Shown here piece by piece: positions 1 through 8,937 of a stretch of DNA of 64,000 nt. Location of the stretch: positions 291 to 64,290 of the forward strand of contig QIGL01000053.1 of the NCBI GenBank assembly GCA_003228915.1, read 5' to 3'. The position numbers were made by a program, and so were the translations under genes. Source of the stretch: Acidiferrobacteraceae bacterium (GTDB taxonomy: Bacteria > Pseudomonadota > Gammaproteobacteria > Acidiferrobacterales > SZUA-150). The first letter of the stretch is position 1, and each line of letters begins with the position of its first letter. The notes below the pieces were generated by a model. The model saw nothing but the letters and a program-made list of their open reading frames with translations. It had not been told where the DNA came from and made no database searches.

Positions 1-8
1 AAAATAAC

Positions 9-67
9 GGCCAGGTAGCGGACTGAAAATCCCCGTGTCGGCAGTTCGATTCTGTCCCTGGCCACCA
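9..67 (+). tRNA. tRNA-Phe(GAA)-derived 59-nt element with acceptor stem, anticodon arm, variable loop, T-arm and encoded CCA but no D-arm (probable pseudo-tRNA or tRNA-like RNA)
   Basis: GGCCAGG (9-15) pairs perfectly with CCTGGCC (57-63). GCGGA-CTGAAAA-TCCCC forms the anticodon arm (anticodon GAA, one C:C mismatch). GTGTC is the variable loop and GGCAG-TTCGATT-CTGTC the T-arm. A64 is the discriminator, followed by CCA at 65-67. Only TA (16-17) occupies the place of the D-arm. From the anticodon stem onward it closely resembles E. coli tRNA-Phe as I recall it. Confidence 0.6.
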
Positions 68-108
68 TTTTTTCTTCTCAATTTTCTTTTTTCGTGCCGA
101 CCTTGTGC

Positions 109-146
109 GGGTGACGATTCTGGTCGCTCCCGGCTACCATTTTTTA
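109..146 (+). repeat. Degenerate second copy of the tRNA 3' end (direct repeat of 40-73)
   Basis: GGGTGACGATTCTGGTCGCTCCCGGCTACCATTTTTT aligns with GGCAGTTCGATTCTGTCCCTGGCCACCATTTTTT. They share CGATTCTG and ACCATTTTTT, and the region between is diverged. Confidence 0.45.
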
Positions 147-766
147 CCTTTTAAAAACTCAATCCAATCTAAGCCATAAAACTGCTCTGGTGGCTTTAAA
201 CCTGGTTGCTCAGTTCATTTTCGATTATTCGCACTAACTACCCAATGACTATTTAGCAGTGAAGGCGGACAGTCATATTACCCCCGGCTTTTGTTTACTG
301 AGTGGCTCTCCTGACTACATAATCGTAGCCTTTTTTATGACCGAATGGCAAAATGCTGAACATGGCTATGTATTTCGAATTAGACAGAGTTCCGTATAAC
401 ATACTGTTATGAATAAAATAATGAATGAGCCTCTAAAAATATTAATAGCTAAAAAATTTAGAAATACTCCTATGGGTTTTTTGAGAATAAAGAAAAATCT
501 GGATATTATTAAATTTTCAGATTCTGAAACAGAGACCTATTTTTGAATACTGTATTTTCAAAGTAAACAATAAAAATGGTACTTATCAGGGATAAATAAA
601 AGTATGAGTGAAACCTATTATATACAGAGAACAGCCGTGTATTTCCAAAACAGGCAATATATCTGAAGTTAGGTATTTTCACATCTTCATTCTGTTTCAA
701 GAACAAAAGCTCGCAATTCATTCCGTCACCACTTAGACTCGGAACCTGAAATTTTAATTTCACAAC

Positions 767-1630
767 TTGAAAGGAGAAAATAAGATAATAATAAATAGAA
801 GTTTCAAAAAAATAATGGCACCCACGCTGCTTACACTGCTGTTATTCTTTAGCGCAAGCTCTACAAGCTTATTTGCAAAAGAAGCAGCAGCCCCGAATAA
901 AAAAATCGATGCATCTGACCCCACCAAAATTTACACCTATATTGGGGTGGGTCCGAAATATGTCGACTATACTAACGGTGAATCGATGGTGGAACTACGA
1001 GCGGCAGGCAATATCGGGCTCTCGAAAAGCGACATGGTTTTTTTTAATATTGGTTATGGCAAACATTCCGGCAACAAAGTTTCAGGTAGCAATTCCGGGT
1101 TAACCAATGCGCGAGCGAGATGGTTCCATCTATTTGACATGGACTACAGCGTTACATCTGGTTACCGTGGTTGGGCTACTCAAGCCGACCTTCAGGTAGC
1201 GGGTGCCCTGAAAGGTACGGATGGACAAAATGTATTATCTGTGGGAGGCTTACCAGCTTTTGGTATCAACAAAAAATGGAGTTTGTTTTTGCCTGCGAAT
1301 CTGGTGAGCGCATGGGACAAAAATTTTAAATACCATAACGGGATGGGCGTGAATATCTCGCCGTTGCTGGCTTATGTACCGGGCAACTGGTGGGAAGGTG
1401 CTAGTGTGCAGTTCTGGCCTTCTTATACCCGTTTTGTCTCAGGAGCGCTTTCAGGGGAGGGTTCCGGGAATCTGGATGTCACCGTTATGGGCAAGATCAC
1501 ACCCAGGATGACATGGTCTTTGTTAGTACAGCAAAACTACAACAAGGATCTTAGAACATTCCGCCGCGACAAAGACTCCGGTTTGAAAAATGACTGGAAT
1601 GCATTTTTAAATTTCACCACGTATTTTTAA
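767..1630 (+). CDS. Putative outer-membrane beta-barrel protein
   Basis: Hydrophobic signal sequence (LLTLLLFFSASSTSLFA/KE), alternating beta-strand-like composition, and C-terminal ...FLNFTTYF ending in Phe. The start is uncertain: TTG at 767 or ATG at 815. Confidence 0.55.
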   Translation: MKGENKIIINRSFKKIMAPTLLTLLLFFSASSTSLFAKEAAAPNKKIDASDPTKIYTYIGVGPKYVDYTNGESMVELRAAGNIGLSKSDMVFFNIGYGKHSGNKVSGSNSGLTNARARWFHLFDMDYSVTSGYRGWATQADLQVAGALKGTDGQNVLSVGGLPAFGINKKWSLFLPANLVSAWDKNFKYHNGMGVNISPLLAYVPGNWWEGASVQFWPSYTRFVSGALSGEGSGNLDVTVMGKITPRMTWSLLVQQNYNKDLRTFRRDKDSGLKNDWNAFLNFTTYF

Positions 1631-1718
1631 ATGATACAGGAATGTACTGGTCCGGTATTCGAAAAAGCGTCTTCGTGAATGTTTTAGAGTTTCTGACGAT
1701 CTACCACAGAGGTGCTTG

Positions 1719-3452
1719 ATGGAAATAATAACTTATAAAACCTGCATCAGGTACCTTGCCATGGGCATGCTCGTACTTACTATTAATGGTTGTGACGGTA
1801 AACCGCCCGAACAACGGGCAGTAAACGATGCCGATAAGGTGCGAACGTCTGAGGTGCAAATCTATGCCAACGGTGAGATTCTCACCATGAACCCAAAACA
1901 ACCAAACGCTACAGCGATGGCGGTCAAAGATGGCAAGATTTTAGTGGTCGGAGATTTGCAGACGGTCAAAAAAGCCGCTGGTGATAGCTATGAATATTAC
2001 GACCTGGAAGGTCACACTATGGTACCGGGTTTTATTGAAACTCATGACCACATGATGCAACACGGCGCCACGATGCAAATGCCTGACATCACCCCGTTTA
2101 CTCATTCAACCTTGAAACAAGCATTACAAACGTTAAAAACACTGAAACCAGATAAAAATGGCTGGATCAAAGCCTGGGCCGTGGATCAAACACTTTATAA
2201 AGAAAAGCGTGGCCCCACCCTGCAGGAACTGGATGAACTGTTTCCCGATACGCCGGTGCTCATCTGGCATCTGAGTGGTCATGGTGCCTATGCGAATAGC
2301 AAGGCGCTGCAAGTCGCTGGCATAACAAAAAAAACACCGTCGCCTAAAGGCGGTGAGTTCGTAAAGGATAAGAACGGGGAATTTACCGGTTACCTGAAAG
2401 GCATGCCGGCCTGGATGGCGGTATCGTCGATCCCGGCTGTTTCACTTGATGTGGTTGTGAATTCAGGTAAGTTTCGTGCCAGTAAGGGGTTCACCACCGT
2501 ATCGGAACTTGCCATTATGCACGGCAACATGCTCAAGCTACTCGAAGAAGCAACCAGTGACAAAACATTTCCAGTCAGGATTATGGGTGGTTTGTTCGTT
2601 ACCATGCCTGGATTTGAAGAGACCGCTAAACAAGCTCGTAATTTTGAAACTGATTTGTTTAAAGTTAAGTTTGTTAAAACCTGGACGGACGGTTCCACGC
2701 AAGGTGGCACTGGTTATTTTACTGAACCTTATTATAAGGCTGACTACGATACAAAAAAGGGTGCCCGCGGTAGCCAGCAAGAATTTAATCAACAAGTCAC
2801 GAAAATGCTGGAACTGGGTTTTGCGCCCGCTATTCATGCCAACGGTGATGGCGCTATGGATCTGGCTTTAAATGCGATTGAATACGCCAGAAAGAAAACC
2901 GGAAATTCTAAAATCAGACCACATTTAATCCACTGCCAATATGTACGCCCGGATCAATTTGACCGCATCAGCAAAATGGGCAACATCGGTATGACGTTCA
3001 TGACGTCGCACGTTTATTTCTGGGGCGACATGCATCGCGATGTGTTACTCGGACCGGAACGTGCAGCCAACATTAGTTCATTAAAAACCGCAATCGAAAA
3101 AGGCATCCCTTATGCGATTCATAACGATGCCCCGGTTAGCCCACCCGATGCACTGCATTCCATGTGGGTGGCCGTCAATCGATTGACCTCATCCGGCAAA
3201 GTACTGGGGCCGGAACAACGCATTAGCGCAGAGCAAGCACTGGCTGCCTACACCCGTGAAGCGGCGGTTGTGTTCGGTATGGAAGATGAAGTTGGCACCC
3301 TGGAACCGGGTAAATATGCAGACTTTGTGGTACTGGCTGAAAATCCATTGCAGGTTGATACTGATCATATCAGGGACATTAAAATTATTGCAACCGTTAT
3401 GGGTGGCCGGGTGACGCATCTGGTGTTGGAGGACGGTTACTCTCCACAATAA
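1719..3452 (+). CDS. Amidohydrolase-family metal-dependent hydrolase (Amidohydro_3 / YtcJ-like), probable lipoprotein
   Basis: Metal-ligand motifs ETHDHM (HxH), IHANGDGA, HCQ and IHNDAPV. N-terminal LTINGC is lipobox-like. GAGG lies 6 nt upstream of the ATG at 1719. Confidence 0.8.
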   Translation: MEIITYKTCIRYLAMGMLVLTINGCDGKPPEQRAVNDADKVRTSEVQIYANGEILTMNPKQPNATAMAVKDGKILVVGDLQTVKKAAGDSYEYYDLEGHTMVPGFIETHDHMMQHGATMQMPDITPFTHSTLKQALQTLKTLKPDKNGWIKAWAVDQTLYKEKRGPTLQELDELFPDTPVLIWHLSGHGAYANSKALQVAGITKKTPSPKGGEFVKDKNGEFTGYLKGMPAWMAVSSIPAVSLDVVVNSGKFRASKGFTTVSELAIMHGNMLKLLEEATSDKTFPVRIMGGLFVTMPGFEETAKQARNFETDLFKVKFVKTWTDGSTQGGTGYFTEPYYKADYDTKKGARGSQQEFNQQVTKMLELGFAPAIHANGDGAMDLALNAIEYARKKTGNSKIRPHLIHCQYVRPDQFDRISKMGNIGMTFMTSHVYFWGDMHRDVLLGPERAANISSLKTAIEKGIPYAIHNDAPVSPPDALHSMWVAVNRLTSSGKVLGPEQRISAEQALAAYTREAAVVFGMEDEVGTLEPGKYADFVVLAENPLQVDTDHIRDIKIIATVMGGRVTHLVLEDGYSPQ

Positions 3453-3701
3453 GCGAGACGTAGGTGCGAATACCAATCGAACGCGGCGAAGATGGCCGAC
3501 TTTATATTTTAGAGCAAGATTCTTAGCAAATAATGGCTTCTTGAATTAGTTAAGAAAAAAATGGAAGATAAGATATTCAATGTTAGTGTCACTGACAGGT
3601 AAGATGGCTGACGCGTAATGTTTGTAATAGATTTAAGTGTGCGCTGATTAATAGGATCAGCTTACTTGATTGGTTAAAATTATTAAAAAAAGGAAGTTTC
3701 A

Positions 3702-4082
3702 ATGCAACAATATAAAAAATTAATGTCACCCATTTCGTTTTTGATATTATTCACTTTCGTCATTGGCGTTGCCACGGCTGAGGGTTTGGACAGGACCAGC
3801 CGAATCGGGGTTGCGGAATTTCGCGGTCAGGGTTTTACCTCGGCCTATCATTCCTGGTTTGAGTTTCCCGCAGCCGATAAAAGTAAGCTTGAGGTTTGGG
3901 GCTATACTAATCACACCTCCTACGCACCGGGCGAGACCGTCAACTTGCACGTCAGTACCACCGCGACGCAGTTCGATATGATTATTGTGCGCGAAGGTGG
4001 CAAAAATGAGGTCGTGCTTGAAAAGAAAGGCATTGCCGGAAAACATTATGCCACCCCGAATAAACATTTAGGGTCAGAGTAA
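3702..4082 (+). pseudogene. Short ORF that looks like the N-terminal fragment of a larger secreted enzyme (N,N-dimethylformamidase-large-subunit-like N-terminus)
   Basis: Signal peptide, then WGYTNHTSYAPGETVNLHVSTTATQFDMIIVREG. I recall this as the N-terminal beta-sandwich of much longer proteins. The ORF stops after 126 aa and no continuation exists in any frame. Confidence 0.35.
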
Positions 4083-4234
4083 AAACTCAGGTTTTTAAAA
4101 CTACTCAAATTCCAGGAGGAATTAAAATGAAAACCCGACAACAACAAGTAATTTAGTATGGCCACAAAATAAGTGGGCATCGTAGATCGCACCTAACAAA
4201 AAATTATTTGCAAGAGCTTATGGTTCAGACCCCA

Positions 4235-4274
4235 GAAAAAACAGCCTGCAGCGAATAACTATTTCGTCTGCAGG
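4235..4274 (-). terminator. Rho-independent terminator of the rhodanese gene
   Basis: CCTGCAG (4245-4251) and CTGCAGG (4268-4274) form a 7-bp stem. An A-run at 4235-4241 gives a T-run on the minus strand. Confidence 0.6.
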
Positions 4275-4307
4275 CCCGCACGCCCCTTTTCTTGATCTAA
4301 TCTCTAT

Positions 4308-5204
4308 TTAAATCGTCTTGCTATCTATCTTGGCAATCTGGGTTGCAGAATAATTATTGGCGCCACCCTTCAGGAAATAATATTTTTTCAGGCCTTTTTT
4401 CTCTATGTAATACTGGATCCAGCGCACCTGTTTGCCAGTTGCATCATAGACAAGTAACGGTAAACGTTTTTCCCTGGCCTCGTTTATGGAGGCGTCGAGC
4501 ACCCCATTACCATTCAGGATGGCCAGTTTTTCGTCTGAAGTTACAAGCCCGTTATTGTCATGCTGGGTATGATTTCGCACGTCGACGACTATGATTGAAG
4601 AACCCATACGTTTTTGAAATTCGCCTGGTTCCAGTAAACGTTTGTGAAGTTCTTTTTTGCTAATCAGGTCACGGGGATTAACCGGGCTCTGGCCCAACAA
4701 CACTGCCTGTTCAGGGTGGGCCCGGGCCCAGACAAATACCCCGGCATCATAGGCGTAAACATTATTTATATTGTCGGTCATGGCTTTGTCCGTGGCTTCA
4801 TAGGATTTGAAACAGGTCTGGCCATTACAATAAAAGGCAATGGCCTTTGAGGTCTTTTGTCGCAGCTCCCTGACCTTGCTGACAAACCCGGCGCTTGCAA
4901 CCGGAATATGCAAGGCACCTTTAATGCGTAAGGTTTGGTGCTCAAGTTTTGACCGTACATCAACGATTACTACGTTGTCACGATCCCGGAAAAGCTCATC
5001 GACACCAATATAGGGCACATGGGCATAAACACTGCGGCCAGGGAAGGCCTGTTTACTGGCTGTGGCCTCATTGTTGGAAAAATGGAAATAATTGGCGGTC
5101 CCTATAAATACGATAAATGTTACATATAAGAATGATTTGATTTTTATGTTCACGGTACACCCCAGTCTAAAATTTTTTATAATTACATGATCTTTACTAT
5201 GCAA
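4308..5204 (-). CDS. Secreted tandem rhodanese-domain protein
   Basis: Two rhodanese-like segments (VVIVDVRSKLEHQTLRIKGALHIP and IIVVDVRNHTQHD) and a Cys loop FYCNGQTCFKS. The true start is probably the GTG at 5153 (MNIKIKSFLYVTFIVFIG signal peptide) rather than the TTG at 5204. Confidence 0.7.
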   Translation of the reverse strand: MHSKDHVIIKNFRLGCTVNIKIKSFLYVTFIVFIGTANYFHFSNNEATASKQAFPGRSVYAHVPYIGVDELFRDRDNVVIVDVRSKLEHQTLRIKGALHIPVASAGFVSKVRELRQKTSKAIAFYCNGQTCFKSYEATDKAMTDNINNVYAYDAGVFVWARAHPEQAVLLGQSPVNPRDLISKKELHKRLLEPGEFQKRMGSSIIVVDVRNHTQHDNNGLVTSDEKLAILNGNGVLDASINEAREKRLPLLVYDATGKQVRWIQYYIEKKGLKKYYFLKGGANNYSATQIAKIDSKTI

Positions 5205-5426
5205 AAGCTATGCCTAGCCATGGGCGCCACGAGCCAAGTTACTGTTACCTATAACTTTTATTTGTAAAACCAGGCGAAAACCCGACTTGGTACCCGGTGC
5301 GAGCCAGTCTAAAAATTGTCACCGCCATCAGTGCCGGGTAGTACCAGCTAGTACCAGAATAATTCCAGTCAGGCCTGGTCGGCATTTAATACAAATCCTT
5401 GTAAGCAAAGGAAAAATGTTTTTTGT

Positions 5427-5456
5427 TTGACCATGACATATTGACTCCTGTAATGT
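5427..5456 (+). promoter_or_regulatory. Candidate sigma70 promoter of the B12 operon
   Basis: TTGACC (5427-5432), an 18-nt spacer, then TAATGT (5451-5456), immediately upstream of the riboswitch. Confidence 0.35.
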
Positions 5457-5695
5457 CGCGCCAGCTTCAGGTGCTCCAAAGGCAATCGCCCACGGAGTGA
5501 AACGGGAAGCCGGTGCGTTCTTTTTTTAGACCAAACCCGGCACTGCCCCCGCAACGGTAAGTGAGTAAAAAGCAGCACAACGCCACTTTGGTAAATGTCG
5601 ATGGCAAAGGTCGGTAGAACTCGACCAACCATGGGAAGGCGCTGCAAGGTTTTATCGCTCACGAGTCCGGAGACCGGCCTGGCGTTATCAGTGGA
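5457..5695 (+). promoter_or_regulatory. Cobalamin (AdoCbl) riboswitch
   Basis: Hallmark blocks appear in the correct order: GGTGC, AAACGGGAAGCCGGTGCG, GCACTGCCCCCGCAACGGTAAG, GCCACTTTGG, ATGGGAAGGCG, and the B12 box AGTCCGGAGACCGGCC (5664-5679). It sits directly upstream of btuB. Confidence 0.9.
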
Positions 5696-5818
5696 TATTG
5701 CGGAGGGCGATACTGCGATGCAGTGGAGCGTTCTTGTCCCCTGAATCGTCAGACCAATCCTTCTTCATTTATCTGATTATTAAAACTTGACTGCGCGGGT
5801 AAGCGCGGGGAGATAAGT

Positions 5819-7645
5819 GTGGGTAAACGATTATTCTTTTCAGTTCTTTTATTTGTTCCATTATTGGTTATGGCCGAATCTTCAATAGAAGTGCCGCTTG
5901 TGGTCACGGCAACCCGAACTGCGACCACTACTGATGAAACCCTGGCCTCGGTCACCGTGATCGATAGTGAAGATATTGAAAACAGCCAGGCCCAAAGCAT
6001 CCAGGAACTGCTCCAGGGGATTCCCGGTCTTAGCATCAGTAATAACGGTGGCCCCGGCAAGGCTACCTCATTCTTTATGCGCGGCACTGAATCCCGTCAT
6101 GTCCTGGTTTTGATTAATGGCGTTAAGGTAGGTTCTGCAACATTAGGCACCACTGCATTCCAGGATATACCCATTGACCAGGTCGAAAGGATTGAGGTGG
6201 TACGTGGACCCCGTTCCAGTCTTTATGGCTCAGAAGCGATTGGTGGTGTCATTCAAATTTTTACTAAAAAAGGTGGCGGTGATACCCGCCCCTATTTTTC
6301 AATGGGCGCAGGTAATTACAGTACCACCCGTGGATCTATTGGCGTCTCGGGAGGCGGCGATAATGGCTGGTATAACGTATCCGCAGCCGGTCTTGACACG
6401 GAAGGTTTTAATTCTTGCCGGGGAAAACCGTTTCCAGCGGGTGCGGGATGTTTCACAGATGAGCCTGACGACGATGGTTATTCTAATCGTTCATTGTCTG
6501 CCCGGGCCGGTCATAAATTTTCCAACGGCATAGAATTTGATGTCCACGGTTTGCAGACAGTTGGCAAGAGTGAATTTGATGGTAGTTTTCAAAATAATTC
6601 TGAGTTTGATCAAAAAGTATACGGTGGCAGTTTTAAGGCCAACTTGTTATCGCGCTGGAATGCCAAACTACTTGCGGGCAGGAGTATCGATACTTCAAAA
6701 AACTTCCTGGGTAAAAATTTCAGCAGCAAATTTGAAACCGCCCGCAATACCGCATCACTTCAAAACGATATTTTTGTGGCAAGCACGGATGTGCTGACAG
6801 TTGGCCTGGATTACCAGAACGACCAGGTAAAAAGCACAACTGTTTACGATGAGAACGAACGGGATAATTACGGCGGTTTTGCCCAGTACCAGGGCAATAT
6901 CTGGAGGATTAATTATAATCTTGCTGCGCGGCGAGACGATAACGAACAGTTCGGAAAATATAGCACGGGCAGTGGTGGCCTGCGTATCGATTACTTGAGA
7001 GCACTCTGGACTTCCGTTTCATATGGCACTGCATTTGCAGCGCCCAGCTTTAATAATCTTTACTTCCCCGGGTTTGGCAATGCGAATCTTGATCCTGAGG
7101 AGTCAGCAACTACAGAACTTGCCATTGGCGGTGAAGTACCACACCTGGTCTGGAGTCTCCATGGCTACCAGACCCGCATTAACAATTTAATTGCATTCGA
7201 CTCGTTCTTTAACGTGGATAATATCAACAAGGCTGAAATAATCGGTGCAGAACTCGACCTGGATATCAGGCTGTGGGACTGGTTGCTCAAAGTTGGTCTT
7301 ACCGGGCTAAAACCTGAAAACAAATCTGGCGGGGCAGATGATGGTAATATACTACCGCGTCGGTCACAGAATTCAGCCAAAATAGATGTTCAATACCAGA
7401 TTGCAAAATGGACCAACGGCCTTACCGTATTCTATGACGGAAAACGTTACGATGATCTGGCCAACACTAAAGTGCTGGATGGATACACACTCGTAGGCAT
7501 GCGGACTGAAATTGCAGCAGATGAAGAATGGCGTCTTGAGCTAAAAATTGATAACTTAATGAAGGTAAAATATGAGACTGCGGAATATTACAATCAGCCA
7601 GGCCGTACCGTAATGTTTAATATAAGATATAGCCCAAAATTATAA
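5819..7645 (+). CDS. btuB: TonB-dependent outer-membrane cobalamin receptor
   Basis: Signal peptide, TonB-box-like EVPLVVTATR, and plug motif RIEVVRGPRSSLYGSEAIGGVIQIFTK. It is a ~600-aa beta-barrel downstream of the B12 riboswitch. GTG start with GGGGAG 6 nt upstream. Confidence 0.85.
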   Translation: MGKRLFFSVLLFVPLLVMAESSIEVPLVVTATRTATTTDETLASVTVIDSEDIENSQAQSIQELLQGIPGLSISNNGGPGKATSFFMRGTESRHVLVLINGVKVGSATLGTTAFQDIPIDQVERIEVVRGPRSSLYGSEAIGGVIQIFTKKGGGDTRPYFSMGAGNYSTTRGSIGVSGGGDNGWYNVSAAGLDTEGFNSCRGKPFPAGAGCFTDEPDDDGYSNRSLSARAGHKFSNGIEFDVHGLQTVGKSEFDGSFQNNSEFDQKVYGGSFKANLLSRWNAKLLAGRSIDTSKNFLGKNFSSKFETARNTASLQNDIFVASTDVLTVGLDYQNDQVKSTTVYDENERDNYGGFAQYQGNIWRINYNLAARRDDNEQFGKYSTGSGGLRIDYLRALWTSVSYGTAFAAPSFNNLYFPGFGNANLDPEESATTELAIGGEVPHLVWSLHGYQTRINNLIAFDSFFNVDNINKAEIIGAELDLDIRLWDWLLKVGLTGLKPENKSGGADDGNILPRRSQNSAKIDVQYQIAKWTNGLTVFYDGKRYDDLANTKVLDGYTLVGMRTEIAADEEWRLELKIDNLMKVKYETAEYYNQPGRTVMFNIRYSPKL

Positions 7646-7705
7646 CCAATAATCTGGTATCGTCGTAACTAATAATAACTTGCCGCATGTAATGAGGAAG
7701 GGGAA

Positions 7706-8305
7706 ATGTTCATGGAAAGAAATATTATAAAAAATAATTCTACACTAATAATAGTAACTGCTATTCTGGCAACACTGATGTTGGCCACACGTTATTACCA
7801 CTTTGGTTCAGCCTTGCACCTGCCCGATGCGTCACTGGCGATTTTTTTTCTGGCCGGATTTTACGTTCCACGCACCCGTGTATTTATCGGGCTGTTATTG
7901 CTGGCAGGGTTAATCGATTACGCGGCCATAAGTTTTGGCAATGTTAGTGATTTTTGTATCAGCCCGGCCTACTGGTTCCTGATACCGACCTATGCCTTCA
8001 TGTGGGTTGGCGGCAAGTGGTATCAAAAAAAATATCAGCCCGGTTTCCACGCCCTGCTACCCTTGCTGGCTATTTTATTTGCCGCTACCAGCGCAGCATT
8101 TCTTTTATCCAACGGCAGTTTTTACCTGTTATCAGGCAAAATTCCTGACATGAGTTTGAATCAGTATATAGAGGGCGTGGTTAAATATTATCCGCCTTAC
8201 GTATTCTCGACCTTTGCATATATGGGCGTGGCCAGTTTGATCCACATTAGCCTAATGGTCACCCGCGATGTTAACCATGATCGTAACCAATCAAAAACTG
8301 GATAA
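7706..8305 (+). CDS. Polytopic membrane protein of unknown function inside the B12 operon (candidate BtuM-like solitary B12 transporter)
   Basis: About six hydrophobic segments in ~197 aa. It lies between btuB and cobO with a 4-nt gap to cobO. A single Cys (SDFCISPAYW) and an N-terminal His (YYHFGS) are present. The start could also be the ATG at 7712. Confidence 0.45.
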   Translation: MFMERNIIKNNSTLIIVTAILATLMLATRYYHFGSALHLPDASLAIFFLAGFYVPRTRVFIGLLLLAGLIDYAAISFGNVSDFCISPAYWFLIPTYAFMWVGGKWYQKKYQPGFHALLPLLAILFAATSAAFLLSNGSFYLLSGKIPDMSLNQYIEGVVKYYPPYVFSTFAYMGVASLIHISLMVTRDVNHDRNQSKTG

Positions 8306-8309
8306 AAAC

Positions 8310-8918
8310 ATGGCGAATGAAACAACACTGAATGAGCGGCACAAGTCGCGCATGGTTCGCAAGAAAAAAATTATCGATCAAACCATCGAGCAGAATAATA
8401 TCGAACGCGGCATTATCCTGGTCCATACCGGCAACGGCAAAGGTAAAAGCAGTTCTGCTTTTGGCATGCTGGCCCGGACACTTGGTCATGGTTTTCGTGC
8501 CGGTGTGGTCCAGTTTATCAAGGGGCCACAGAAAACCGGTGAAGAGTTATTTTTTCAAAAACAGGACAATGTCCAGTTTTATGCCATGGGCGAAGGTTTC
8601 ACCTGGGACACCCAGGATCGTGAACGCGACATCGCCACCTGCAAAAAAGCCTGGTTAAAAGCCGTGTCCATGCTGACGGATCCTGATTTACACCTGGTTA
8701 TTCTCGATGAGCTGAATATCGTTTTATCATCTCGTTACATGGACGTGGCCGATGTTATTGCCGCCTTAAAATCACGTCCGCAGAATCAACACGTGGTGAT
8801 TACTGGCCGTGGTGCACCGGATGAGCTTGTTGATATTGCCGATACCGTGACCGAGATGAAAGACATCAAACACGCCTACCGTGCCGGCATTAAGGCGCAA
8901 CCGGGTATTGAGTTATAA
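8310..8918 (+). CDS. cobO: Cob(I)yrinic acid a,c-diamide / cob(I)alamin adenosyltransferase
   Basis: P-loop [14 protein letters not shown] and VQFIKG, typical of CobA/CobO/BtuR. The ATG at 8310 is preferred over the upstream extension in the track. Confidence 0.85.
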   Translation: MANETTLNERHKSRMVRKKKIIDQTIEQNNIERGIILVHTGNGKGKSSSAFGMLARTLGHGFRAGVVQFIKGPQKTGEELFFQKQDNVQFYAMGEGFTWDTQDRERDIATCKKAWLKAVSMLTDPDLHLVILDELNIVLSSRYMDVADVIAALKSRPQNQHVVITGRGAPDELVDIADTVTEMKDIKHAYRAGIKAQPGIEL

Positions 8919-8937
8919 ACACGTAACGTACCAACTA

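Noticed and set aside
509-763. 84-aa minus-strand ORF in the tract downstream of the tRNA-like gene
   Set aside because: It lies in a very AT-rich region and its sequence is Phe/Ile/Asn/Lys-biased, as expected from AT-rich noise. It has no SD and no recognisable motif.
5369-6087. Minus-strand ORFs 5369-5662 and 5749-6087
   Set aside because: They overlap the cobalamin riboswitch and the 5' end of btuB on the opposite strand. The plus-strand features are far better supported.
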